A stretch of 46,450 bases of DNA, counting the filler, from Sphacelaria rigidula (Eukaryota): NCBI GenBank assembly GCA_964200075.2. It is 2 parts of 2 records of this genome, joined end to end, with 100 filler letters (N's around TTAATTAATTAA, not from the genome) between each part and the next. Parts side by side here need not be neighbours in the genome. Positions count along the whole stretch, not along the records: positions 1 to 23,178 come from CAXNAA020000281.1; 1 more part is not named here. One strand, given 5' to 3'. Made by a program: the position numbers and the translations under genes. Below, piece after piece: positions 11,301-23,278 of the stretch. The notes beneath the pieces are model-generated. The model did not search any database. It worked only from the letters and a program-made list of their open reading frames with translations, and had not been told where the DNA came from. How positions within the stretch are numbered: the stretch's first letter is position 1; each line of letters opens with the position of its first letter.

Positions 11301-11970
11301 CATTTCCAGAACCGCCGCGATTCTAAATCCGTGTGCAGATCTGGGCTTCGATCCAGACAAGAACTGCTTCTCGAAAGGCTTAAACTGGACGTTGTGGGAG
11401 CAATCCCCTCTCCAAAAGAAATTCCTGAAAGGGGAGCATCCCTTTCGATAAGAACCCGCCTTAACCCTTCAATTTTCGCCTTCCCCCCCCAACCCCCCAA
11501 CTCCCAGTTCGTCCGCTATCGCCCACTATCGCCCATGGCCAAATTCGCCTTCGCATTTGTTGTTCTTCAAATGACACAACACGTCTTCTTACCTGAACAG
11601 GTGGATGTTGAGGATTTGTATGGAAATTAGTGTATGATAACCCCTAGCCGCTTTGCTGGCCAAGCCACGTGACGGTAAGTTTTGTTCTGCCGAGTAGGCG
11701 ATACATGCTGCAATGTAGCAAGTAGTAGTGTACACTGCCTACCACTACTGCTGCCATGTACGCAAGCAGCGTACTCTCTGCCTTGGTCTGGAGGTTCTGA
11801 TACTTTCGAAACCTTCCTGGCGCACTTTCTGCATGTTTCAAAATTACACTGCATGCCACATCGACTCCACCGTACTCAGCGATATCGTGCCGAACAAACG
11901 GACTTTTTTCATTGGCGACTGAATACAGCAGTGCAGTATAGTGTCCTTGCTTCCCACTGCACACAGTACA

Positions 11971-12329
11971 GTATGTGTGTTGTCGTGTTGTCGTCCCATC
12001 TATTCTGGGCGCCAGTCTACACCTTTCGGTATATGTGGGCGCATCAGCCGGGGTTACACAGGAAGAAGGCCAACACAGGAGCTTTTTTTTTTTATCTTTT
12101 ATTTGTTTTTAGTACCCCACCTTCCTTCTGCGGTGCTTGCCTTTTATTTTTTATCGCGCCCCTTTGCCTCGTCGACCGTTAAGTCGAATTTTATGTACCC
12201 ACGACATCGTCGCTCTCCACTGTTGGGCATGGTGTAAGAAAAAATCCCAGATCGCTCCGGGAATCGAACACCACTACTTAACCGTCAGGAGGTTACGAGG
12301 TTACCAACTGAGCCCCCGGGGCGACCGGC
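11971..12329 (-). mobile_element. tRNA-derived SINE
   Basis: Minus strand head gccggtcgccccgggGGCTCAGTTGGtaacc...gtGTTCGATTCCcgg has Pol III A and B boxes, followed by ~270 bp of non-tRNA body and a CA-rich tail. Candidate TSD cagtaca at 11964-11970 and 12331-12337. Confidence 0.8.
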
Positions 12330-12705
12330 TCAGTACAAGCTGGTAATCTCTCTGCTCAGTGCTATACAACTACAGTCCGCAGCTCTTTACAGAATGATAG
12401 CGGTAGTTAGGTGGCTATGACTGAGCAGAGGGCAAAAGGTACCACTTTTCATGAATGTGCTTCCATGATTGAGTGGTCGTTGCCCAATTGATGAAATGAT
12501 AAAATGTAGCATTACCTTCAGGCGGGTGACGATGGGCGATTTGAAGGGGAACATAGTGGGTCATTACACCAATTGCAATTACCATATATAGCCACCCCAC
12601 CCCCTTCAGGCCTGCTGCCCGGCCTGGAAATTTCCTGGAAAGACGCACGGTTGATCCGGAAAGCATCCGCTTACGATCGGGGAACTTGCACGCTTCTCTC
12701 GCCCG

Positions 12706-13987
12706 TCACAAACGTCGAAAACCCTGGGATTTCACCGCGTGAAACTGTTTAACACGAAGCCGGAGGCCAAAGGTCTTGGTCCGATGCAAGTCAAACATAT
12801 CTACGCCGTGTGGTGTACTGCGCGATATATTTATTCATCTCATTCCTGGTCTGCAAAATTCCAGTGTTACCCTCCACACTTCATGTACTCCGCAGTGTTC
12901 GACCAAGGTAAGACACAACCACCCCACCAGTTGCACCGTCTGCAGTGCAGCTTATACTAATGTGTACAGGGCAGGCTGTAATATTGGGTAGATAACTGCT
13001 GTACCGTACTGTTCACAGCTGTGCTGTTGTTGATGTCGGTACTACTGTGTACTGTATACTACTGGATTGACCCGCGCGCTTCGTTCAAAGTGTACACGTG
13101 TTCTGGGTCGGTGTACACGGCTGACTTCCCATCTAATCTATTAACCCACTCACCTCCCGTAAAAGCCAGCTAACACCCAAGCCAGTAGTGTACGGCTGCG
13201 CGGCCGCTAAAGGTCCCACGAACCTCAGTCCGCGCTCGAGCAACGCTTCCTTCGCATCTCCCCGCTGAAACCAGCGTAGTAATCTGGACATTGTCCGCAG
13301 GTCGACGCGCCCGCTCTTTATCTGCCGCAGCAGCCGTTTCTCATCTTCTGGCCCCGTCGTGTAGCCGGGCCTGCAAAGCACTTCTGACACGACGGCAACT
13401 AAGCCAGCCTTATCCAGTTCCGGAGTAAACATCACGCCCAATGGATGGAATTCTTGCTGCTGTTGTTTTGGTCGTGCCGTGGGGACGGACGCCCGGGTCG
13501 ATGTCTGCTTTTTCGGCCGGCCGCCATCCGATCCAGCCGTTACTACGATCTTGTTTGTCGATGCAGCAGCAGTATCGCAGGTGGCCACATTCTCGGCCCT
13601 GCTAACATCGGCAACAGAAGTTGGTAATATAAGTTTCAACATCTTGCACCCTTCGCGATCCGGCGGCGGGGGTGGCGGCGGTGTTGGAGACTGAAGGAAG
13701 GGATTTGGCATCCGGCCCGTCTTGTTGGTACCCGCGTGCTTGTACGCGCCCGCAGCGAAATTCTTGTTCCTGTTCAACATCCCGAGATGCCCGTCCGGAG
13801 GGTATGGATTTATTGGGCCCGCCCCCAAGTCCAGCATTTTGCTGGTCCTTTCTCCCGCGTCGCCTACCCTATCTAGTGAGAAATCACCTCTAATGCTACA
13901 GTGGTAACCGATGCAAGCGCTATACAAGCAGATTGCTGTAGGTTTTACTCCTGTGGTGCTGCTACCAGCGTGTCTCGTCATAGCCAC
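12706..13987 (-). CDS. Hypothetical protein: large exon (~13870/13987 to 13154) plus a probable terminal exon 12744-12706
   Basis: 284-aa ORF with a folded-looking C-terminal part (ELDKAGLVAVVSEVLCRPG...KEALLERGLRFVG). Canonical donor GAG|gtgagt at 13153. Phase-0 acceptor aacag| at 12745 gives FHAVKSQGFRRL*. 5' end uncertain; no family recognised. Confidence 0.55.
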
Positions 13988-14440
13988 TTGAAGCTCTCGT
14001 GGATTTCTTCGATATCCGCATCGGCTGCTGCATCTCGACTTTGGCCTGACTCAGATCTGCGCGTGCTTTCTGTGTTCGCTTGGCAAACTCAATCCCTCTT
14101 TACCTCAGTAAGACCTGCTGTTTATTGGGACGCCATTGTCATAAAATAACTGTAAAACCAATGCTGATGGGCTGTCAGGCTGATGTGCTGGGGATTGGTG
14201 TGTAGGGTGGAGGGTACCGGCAAAAGATGATCCAGAACGATTCAGCGTTCTGGTAAAAGTTCTCAAAATAATCGAATCCGATTTGTGCCGGTTCGAGACC
14301 CTTAATTACGCCGCTTCGTCAACCGACACCGACACGCATCACACTCGTGCGCGCCCTGCGCCTTGATTATTGAAGACAGTTGCAGTATATTTACAACCGG
14401 AGCAGCGGAGTCAAAACCATAGGCGCAGTTTACAGGGCTC

Positions 14441-14600
14441 ATGACAGAATCAACATTCATATACCATTTGGTGCAAGAGACGAGGTGGAAGGCATCGCCA
14501 GCCGAGGGGTACCGTCCGCCAACCTTTGACAATGACGGTTTCATCCACGCGACGAAGGAGGCGAACATGCTTCTGCCTGTCGCCAACCACTTTTACGCTG
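14441..14600 (+). CDS. DUF952 family protein, first exon
   Basis: MTESTFIYHLVQETRWKASPAEGYRPPTFDNDGFIHATKEANMLLPVANHFYA matches the DUF952 pattern IYH..W..Y..P....GFIH.....VAN.FY. Donor G|gtatgt at 14601. Downstream exons not located. Confidence 0.85.
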
Positions 14601-14834
14601 GTATGTATTGCCGTGCTTCTTTGATCACTTCTTGCAGTACCGTAGAGTATGCGGAAGGAACAAAAATACCGTGAAAAATAATACCACTTTCGTGTCCTAT
14701 TCAGGTCGTATCTTGATCGAGTCAACAAAAAACTGTTTGGTCAAAAGCCATAGTAGTCAGTATCAGAAGTCTGCGGAATTCGTAGTTGTTAGGATTTCGT
14801 GTTTTTCTCGAGTATTATTGTTTATTAGCACTTG

Positions 14835-15325
14835 AAAGTGCTAGCGTCGGTAAATTTAGGGGGAAAGTGTAGACCGCGCTCAAACCACGATGCCCAAGTT
14901 GGTGTTTTTGGGACGATACGTACTAGATACCCCGTTTAGCAGGAGGGTGTTATTGACAGTTTTTGGTCCAAGAAGAACAGTTGCTCGGCTCTTTCGCAAC
15001 GAAACGGTAAATGCTCAGATAAATGAGTATGTACGCAATTCTTCAAATTAACGATCGAGATTTTCTGTCCCCGCTGTACTGCACAGACCTTACTCCATCC
15101 TTTTCCGTGGATGGCTTCTTTTCGGGAGGTTTTCGCATACTATTCTCCATGAGTACTCAAAAGTGCTAGCGTCGATAGTTTGAGTTAAAATAAGCAGATC
15201 GTGCTCAAATCACAATGCTCAGGTTGGTGTTGTGGGGGCGATACGGAGTAAAGACTCCGTTCATCAGAAGGGTGTTATTGACTATAAATGGTCCAAGACA
15301 CATAGTTTTCCGGCTCTATCGCACA
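14835..15325. repeat. Diverged ~165 bp direct repeat with ~325 bp period
   Basis: aaagtgctagcgtcg...gctcaaa...gttggtgtt...agggtgttattgac...tggtccaaga...cggctct at ~14835-15000 and ~15160-15325. Confidence 0.8.
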
Positions 15326-16919
15326 GAATAGGTGGAGTTGAAAAAAAAAATCATTTTGATGTACTCACATATATAATCGGGATCGATCCACCGAAAATAT
15401 CGGAAAGCTAGAACCTTGGGTTGCACTCCCGCAGGACCCCTGGAGATCGGTCAAGCCCGTAAATCACTCACTATTGGTCGCAGATTTTTCTTTCCTTCGA
15501 CATTTGTGAAGAGGATTACAGTATCTCCAGATCCCCATTTTTGGCATCAAACATTTACTGTGATGAGCGGGGGCAAGGGAACGAATCTTGAAACATCTCC
15601 GAGTAACGAAGAAATCACGAATACCGCAGACTTCTGATCCTGACTACTGTAGTATGTTTACCTTTTATCCTCTTATGATCGGATGATCGCTCGGTGCATT
15701 AACACCCCCCCGAGACCGGAAACAAATCTGTCTGCGCAAATAGTTTTGAAACTCGTCTGAGAGTTTCGAAATTCATTTGCGCAAGCGGATAATCTAACTG
15801 CTCGAAAGAGGACATAAACGTGGCAATCGCAGGGGTACATCAAGAAAAAATCACCACACATGAAACTGGGAGCCCCATTACCCACTACAAAATAAAACCA
15901 TGGAGCTTATCAAGCAGGGATTCCGTATCGCAATTTCCGAGACATATTCTCTCAAAGTTCAAATTCGGTGAAGGGGGGATCATTGACTGGGCAGGCGGGT
16001 GGGGGGGAGGAGAATATCCACGGTATATGGTGTGCTACCGCCACGTTTTTGAGTTATGCTCCAGCAGGGGGTGGTCGCAAACATCTCGGGGAACACTAAC
16101 TGGCGATATATATTGCCCAGAGTATGACAGTATACTGTAACAACTGATTTATTTGAGTTTTAGTATAGAACAGTAAACTACTGGGATATAGTAGACCGAG
16201 TTCGAGCATTTTAAATCCCAACAAAGCGCTCGCCCGGTGACGTTACCTGAGAAAGAGACGTGGTGATTTCTCGCGAAGATTTTTTGTAACTCGTAAGGGC
16301 CCGTATGTGTGTGGCCGGCGCCGACGAAGACACCCAGACGAAGCATTTCGTCTCATATGTGAGGCGAGCCGATCACAGCAAATGAAAGACAACTGCTCTC
16401 ATGGAGCTTTTCCATGTGAGACCGTGTAACCCTAGAAATACTCACATCTAAACGGCCGTTCACCGTCAGTAGTCGGTAGTTGAGTGTCTTTTGCAGTGCC
16501 TGCTCGTATCCTCGTGTACCCCGTGTGTTGTGGTGCATACATGTACAGTACAGCACCACCGCTCTGTACTCGCCCTGGCAAGGGACATGGACTTCGTCCC
16601 AGACCATCTACGTCCACAAAATTCATCTACCGGGTGTTCGCTACTGTGCGGTTTCCTCGTTTGCGAAAAACGCATCTACCTGCAGCTGGTGGTGGGAGGG
16701 GGTACAGCCAATTGCTGCGCGCAGCAACGCAACAGCTCGATGTTTTTTCAAGAGATGTGCTCCGTTTCAATTTTTCAAACGAAGCTGAGTTCGGATTTTC
16801 GGCAGCTTTATCCGGATCAATCCGCGGATTGAAAAAAGTGGCGGATATCCGGATATCCGGGTATGCGATTTGTAGACAGATTCCGAGAAAAACGAGCGAT
16901 AAGAACTCCTGAACTCTCC

Positions 16920-17690
16920 TCACATGCATGTTGCGCATGTCTGACACGGATAGTGGAGCCGTTTCGGCCTCGGTCTATTTCTTCGTTGCGCTGTAAAAAG
17001 CCCACTCTGCGAAGATACTCGCTCTGAGGGACCTGACGATGCCGGAACAGCGAGGGCGTTGCGAGCGACATGCGCAACGAGTGGGTACTTGTTGGCATTC
17101 AGCGCCCACCACTTGAGCGGGTTCTTATTGATGGCCAGAGCAGGTTCCACCGCAAATGTCCGAAAAGTCCATCATATCTGTCTTTCCCCACTCTGGACCT
17201 CCTCAATCTCCTGCCGCTTGACCGAGGCCTCTTGGGTAGAGGCTGGGGCGCGCGACGTGGTTAATGCCTCCGCCTCCCTCTGGTGCCGTATCCGCTGCAA
17301 GAATTTTCGGCCTGAAGCTTCCTTCTGGACCCTTGGCGACTCAGTCCCGCGCGACGCAGGAGTGTCCGAGTATGCAGAGGCATTGCTGGCAGCGCCGGCA
17401 GCACCGCGTCCCTCAGCTCCTCTTGCGAGTGCTTCATGCCTTAGTCGAGAGCTGTCTTCGCGCGTTCCTTCTCTTCATCTGATAGAAGATCGAGCATCTT
17501 GGTGCGAGGGTACACGACTGCCGCCGATGGCACCCCTTCCGCCATGTACGTTGTTTCGAACGCGGCCGCGTCGTCGTCGAGCATGATGCCGTAGAAGCGG
17601 TCGTCGAAGTCGTTCTGAATGTGATCGAGCCACCGTACTTGTAGCCATGTACGGACTTGCTGCATACGTTCCACCTTACAAAAAACGCGC
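16920..17690 (-). pseudogene. Decayed hAT transposase, C-terminal part including the hAT dimerisation domain
   Basis: NPLKWWALNANKYPLVAHVARNALAVPASSGPSERVSSQSG..RRNR matches the hAT C-terminal dimerisation motif. AVVYPRTKMLDLLSDEEKE resembles the (L)DPR.K motif. Frameshift ~17440 and in-frame TGA ~17172. cggatatccggatatccgg repeats at ~16840-16860 may be subterminal motifs. Confidence 0.88.
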
Positions 17691-17939
17691 AGTACGTCAT
17701 TAACTTTCCTCTTACCGGTCAATTTTCATACAGGAGCGGTGCTGTCGCCCTGTTGGCGCGATCTTGCCTTCCGCGCCTTTCTTCCTGGGTCTCGAGGCAG
17801 AATCGTTACTTTTGGCTCTTCGTTTCGGCTGCTGTCATCAGCCGATGACTCATCTGCCGACAGCGCTGCGTCTCTCATCGGCGGGAACGTCTACAACACG
17901 ACTACCCTGGACGACGGCCACGGCAGTTGAGGCTCGGTG

Positions 17940-18132
17940 GGGCTCTTTGGGTGCCTTTATCCGGATTGTGGGCGGCGGAAGTGGCCGGATTTCGAAAGCT
18001 GCGGTTTTTCAATGATCAACTTCCGAGTGCCCAAAAGTGGAATTCCCGTCCCCCCCCTCGCCCTGGTTGCTCCGTCTCGAAAGGGATGCATGGTCAATGG
18101 CCAAACGACTAAGGCAAGCAACAAATGAGTAC
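17940..18132 (+). mobile_element. Dispersed repeat family B (ends ...GGCAAGCAACAAATGAGTAC + C-tract)
   Basis: Homologous to 30863-30925, 30951-31290 (reverse) and 45190-45333; followed by poly-C. Confidence 0.8.
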
Positions 18133-19339
18133 GCCCCCCCCCCAGTACTGTGAATTGACCAACCGTTGTTGCACAGATCAAACCATGCAAGTATACACAC
18201 CACATGAGACATATAACGCACTATCAAACGTGAGCAAACACGGTGGGCGCTTTTCACCACGTCTTGAGCTGCCAGCACGGGATCCCCTGTGCCGACGTTC
18301 TCCCCTCCAGAACACGCTGCTCGGGCGCTTCGCCGGCAAAAAATTCCCTCTGGTCCAACAAACACCGCCCGTCCGTGCGCCCGTAATCGTGGTTCATGCC
18401 CGTCGAGCTGTCGTTGTCGACAGGGTTGAGAGTACCAGAAACAACGGGTATGGAAAAGACAGTCGCTGAGGGGAGAGCACACCGCGCGGGGATGATGAGC
18501 GAGGCGCGCATACTTTGTTTATGCTAGATTGGGCACAGCAAAACGTTCGTGCGGCATCGTGCCCCGCAGACTTCAAGGCTGTAAACATTGATCAAAGATG
18601 AAATGTACACAAGGCATGTGGGTTGGGGAGAACGTTTTGCCATCAGCCTTTTGCAAGTCACACCGGATATGGTGATACGAGAAGGCAAAGCTTAGGCAGG
18701 GGAGAAGGGGGGGGGGGGGGGGGGGGGAAAAGGGGGGAGGGGAGAGGGGGGGGAGAGGNNNNNNNNNNAGGTGAAAAGAGGATAAACACGCGCAGGGAGA
18801 GGAAAGAGGGGGGCGGGGAGGGAGAGAAGCGCGAAATAGGTGTGACGTGACGAAGTGGGTCTAGTACAGAAGGATACAAGATATTTTTCAGCACCAACAC
18901 CATACGTGATGATGTTTTGAACGTGCTTGGCGGCACATAGATGACAACGGAACGGAACATGACACACACACACACACTAGGTGAGGTGATGAGTATTGCA
19001 GACATCGATGTGTTTCACATATGATTGGCAACAGGGAGGTCATGCCCCGTTCTCTTGACGAAAAAAAATGCGGGCAGCCAAGTGTTGCACCCGAGTCACT
19101 ATTTCGTTTAAGATATAGTTCAACATGAACGCCTCCGTATTTTGATGAACAACGACGAATATCTCGGATATTGCGGGCCGAACTCTGCGCATCTGACCGC
19201 GGCTTCGTCAAAGCAACCTGTAGCACGCTGCGAAGACGAACAATTGTGAGAACGATCGACACGTACCCTAGGGGAAGAGAATACACTCTGATCGCGCTTA
19301 GGAGAAACAAGAGTTAATGCGGGACTGTGGCGCGGAGTC

Positions 19340-19680
19340 TGTCGACGATTTGACGATTTGGTGTTCCTGCCCCTCCCCCCGCGCCCCAATGATGAGACAC
19401 CCGTGAGGCAGGGTACAAGCCGTGGTTGTCTCTGGAAGTGGCGATACCAGCAAAAATGAAGCAACTCATCGGAGGCTGACATCTATATGGAAAATAATCA
19501 GTACGCTTCGGGCCGAATAGTCTTGGCAGGATGCAGCTCACCCTTCATGCGACTCGCCGAACACATCACGGCGCTTCACGCTTGGTGATTGATTGCGAGA
19601 AACCCGGCGTGCTCCAACCCGGCCTTGTAGGAATGCGAGGTCAACGGTCATGTGACTACGGCATGCAAGATCATGAGTAC
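19340..19680 (+). mobile_element. Dispersed repeat family A, 5'-truncated copy
   Basis: Reverse-complement match to 7859-8200; ends gatcatgagtac + ccctcc. Confidence 0.85.
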
Positions 19681-20532
19681 CCCTCCACAGACACCCCCAC
19701 TTATGCGTATCAGCACCGTGGTTGCGCGGGAGACTACCGCGTTACTGCCTCCGAAGTCACTGGGGCGATGCCGATAGTCTTGGAATCACGAGCGTTTTTC
19801 GGTAGATATGTTTGACGGGTTGACACGAACCTTATTAAATTCCAGTGCTTTTCATTGGAAATCGCATCACACGTGAAGAAAATGGCTACAAAAAGTCGCT
19901 TTTTGCATTAACTTCCGTACTGACGGTGCCACGGCACCTATATTTCTGCGGATCGTGGTGTTGACATCAAAAGCAGACATCTCTCGTGCCACGTGTATAA
20001 GGGCTTTTATTGACGTTTCTCTTTTCTCTCCAATATTCTCGAAGTTTTCGGGAGAAAAAACTGTCTCTACGTGAGATGTGAGAATAAATTTCTTCACCAG
20101 CAAAGACAATAAATCAGCTTTCTGCGACAACCCAGCGTTGCATTTTTTTCAGCATTTTTTCTCCGCATGACTCGGGAAACCCCACCCCACCCGCGAAATA
20201 TGAATAAATTATGAAAAAATTGCCCCGCTAATAACGCTCAACAGACTATTGAGAGATCATAGGAATGCACTTGATTTAGGGAATTACATGACGTAACGAG
20301 CCAAGGATCACGTGCTTTATCGACTTCGTCGCGAATTCCGCAGCCCCTCGGAGCGGGGATAACACGGCCCGCCCTGACGTGTAACAGAACACAGTCGCAC
20401 AGCCGAGACATACATACCTCGCAAGACAAGGATCTTCCAGCACAGGGAAAAGGTAGTATTCTGGTGTGCTTGATAGAGTGACTGATAGTAAGACAGTAAG
20501 GAAGCTGCCCCAAAACATTATTTAAATATATA

Positions 20533-22014
20533 TAATAGTCTAGAAAAGGTATACATCCTCGTATTATGCCTAAGAAAGGTACGAAAAATGACCAGAAACG
20601 CGAAAACAGCAAAAACACACAATCTAGACCGATTCCGCTCCGAACGTTTCACGCACAGCAATCGGGGGGCTCCTCGGCACCCGGGCCTCGAAAAAAAACA
20701 GCAAAATACATGTTACTCACGAGATATGGCCATGCGTAGATGGACGTCTCGCCTCCAGAAACCACTTCCCCTTTCTAGGCCAAATTACGGCCAGGTGTAC
20801 CTGATCTAGGAATTATTTTCCAATCGTACCTCATCTCGTTCATCGCTTCGCACACTGTAGCTGATGCGGCACACTGCGCGCAAGGGAGTCTACGCACCAA
20901 CTCTAACCACGGCGCGCCCACATTCGGCTCTTTTCCCGCTCATTTGCCGTTTACGGATGCCACAACGACCACATCCTTTTCTCCCCCGAAATAGTTCCCG
21001 AGTCTCTCCGCATCGACGCAAGAACTGGACTCACAACTCACAACGCGTCGGTCTTTTGCGCTTGCGGAGTGTTATGTAACACCGTGTCGTTGCAATCTGG
21101 GGCTGGTGTCAGCGTAAAGATAGGCTTTTCCGTCACCAGGAAAGGTTATCACATCATCGCGATGGTTGATAGGAGGAAAATATAAGAGCTCCTCGCTTGT
21201 CGTTGGTGACTGTCACGCATGATCAAGATAGATTTGATGGTTGCGTGTGTGTTTGTTTCTGTTGGGCGCATGTTGCTCTTTGGGGCTGAAAGCTGTTGCT
21301 GTGCTGTCCCTATTTAGATATGCATGACGGTTCTTATCCGTTTCTTGTACCAATCATCGCGATGATGTGATGACCGTTCCTGGTGACGGAAGAACCTATC
21401 TTCACGCTGACACCAGTCCCAGATCGCAACGGTAAGATGTTACACAACATTCCGCAAGCAAAGATCGACGCGTTGTGAGTTGTGAGTCCAGTTCTTGTGT
21501 CGATGCGGAGAGACTCGGGAATTATTTCCGGGGAGAGAAGGGTGTGGTCATTGTGGTGTTCGTGAACGGCAAATGAGCGGGAAAAGAGCCGAATGGGTGG
21601 GCGCCGTGTTTGGAGTTGGTGCGTGGATTCCCTTGCGCGCAGTGTGCCGCATCAGCTACAGTGTGGGAAGCGATGAACCAGGGTAGGTACTTTCTGGGCC
21701 GACTGGTGGCCCAGACAGGGTAAAATTGAAAAACAATTCCTACTTCGGTATGCCTGGCCGAAATTTGGCCTAGAAAGATGGAGTGGTTTCTGAAGGCGAG
21801 ACGTTCTTCTGCGCATGGCCATATCTCGCGAGGAACATGTTTTTCTTCTGTTTTTTTCGAGGCCTGGGTGGCGAGGAGCCCTCCGATTGCCGTGCGTTAA
21901 AAATTAGGACCGGAATCGGTCTAGATTGTGTGTTTTGCCGTTTCCGCGTTTCTGGTCATTTTTCGTACCTTTCCTAGTCACAATACGAGAAGGTCTACCA
22001 TTTCCAGGCCAATA
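20533..22014. mobile_element. Large foldback element, ~620 bp inverted arms with ~170 bp spacer
   Basis: Left arm aaaggtacgaaaaatgaccagaaacgcg...cgtcaccagga..atcacatcatcgcgatg (~20533-21175) mirrors right arm catcgcgatgatgtgat...cgcgtttctggtcatttttcgtaccttt (~21347-22014). Confidence 0.9.
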
Positions 22015-22261
22015 CCCTTGAAAAAACGACCAAGCTGTCACTTAAAAAAAAAAATGTATGTTTGCTCAGGGACCGAAAACCGACCCGATGATGAGCCTTA
22101 ACACGACAATCGACGTCAAGGGGGACTGAAAATGTTGTAAAACATCGTCGTAAACCAGGAGCAAACACTGCGGTGAAGTTCATTTGCACGAAACCACAAC
22201 AACAAAAGCAACAAAAATTGAATGAAGTGCGAAGTCGGGGGAGGGGAGGGGGGGGGGGGGG

Positions 22262-22697
22262 CTCATGATATTGCATGATATTGCATGCTGTCGTTATAGG
22301 ACCATTGACCTCGCATCCCCACAAAGCCGGGATGAAGCACGTCGTTTCTTTCGCTGGGCCAGGCTTGCAGATACCGAGATTTTTCGGCCCAAAGCGTACG
22401 AATTATCTTGGATATGGATGGCAACCTCGGGTGAGTTGCTTCATTTTGCTGATATCTCCACTTCCAGATGCCACGGGTTACACTGCTCCATGGGTGTTTC
22501 ACCACTTGAACACTACGCAACACTACGCAACACGATCACCCCCTTTGTGCGTAGTTGAGGTTCCCCGTCCCGCACAATATGATGTGAGTTCACCACCGTC
22601 ATGATTACCACAAAAAAAACACAAGCAAGGAAAAAACGGTAACCTGGTTGCCTAGCTTACGCAGTGAGTGGCGTGCTCAACAATGTCGTTGCCAAGC
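22262..22697 (-). mobile_element. Dispersed repeat family A, long copy with internal deletion
   Basis: Homologous to 7859-8342; G-rich tracts (gggggagggg/gggggaggga) on both sides. Confidence 0.85.
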
Positions 22698-22831
22698 CAG
22701 AGGGGGAGGGAGGAGGAAGGAGGGAAAGGGGAGGTACCCAAGCCCTATCCCTCAAAGGGGGGGCGAAGACAAAACGTACCCCCCGTTCGAAAATATCGGA
22801 AATATAACGAAGGGCGCCACTGCTTGGATAC

Positions 22832-22995
22832 CTGCGAGCCTTGGAGCATAGCACCGACTGCATCTTAGGATGCGCCAAAATGGCATCCTGCCCCGGAACT
22901 GGACGCTCCAGGGCGCGGCGTGTGCAGCTGGCCGAAATGGCAGCGTCGTCGGGGTTGAAGTAGTGGCAAACCGTCACTCCGTTATCCACCAGCAC
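22832..22995 (-). CDS. Orphan exon (VLVDNGVTVCHYFNPDD...ILAHPKMQSVLCSKAR), possibly an upstream exon of the hAT-like gene
   Basis: ctccag acceptor, AG|gtatcc donor and an open frame. Assignment to hAT is weak inference. Confidence 0.4.
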
Positions 22996-23178
22996 CTGGA
23001 GTTTCATAGCAACGGGGTACACACAACGTAACGGATGGATGAATACAGGTGAGCGAAAGTAGGCCGGCATCGGGATAAGTATCTTGATCGAGTGGTGAGT
23101 ACAAAGGACCATTGACCTCGCATACCGACAAAGCTGGGACGAAGCACGCCAGGTTTTCGCCGGACCAGGCTCGCAATC

Positions 23179-23278
23179 NNNNNNNNNNNNNNNNNNNNNN
23201 NNNNNNNNNNNNNNNNNNNNNNTTAATTAATTAANNNNNNNNNNNNNNNNNNNNNNNNNNNNNNNNNNNNNNNNNNNN
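23179..23278. other. Assembly gap with ttaattaattaa spacer (further 10-N gaps at 18759-18768 and 30781-30790)
   Basis: N runs flank an all-frame-stop linker at 23223-23234. Confidence 0.95.

Noticed and set aside
12237-12329. tRNA gene
   Set aside because: A and B boxes are present but there is no convincing cloverleaf; continuous with a SINE body and TSD.
23223-23234. ttaattaattaa palindrome / piggyBac-like TTAA sites
   Set aside because: Embedded in Ns; artificial scaffolding linker.
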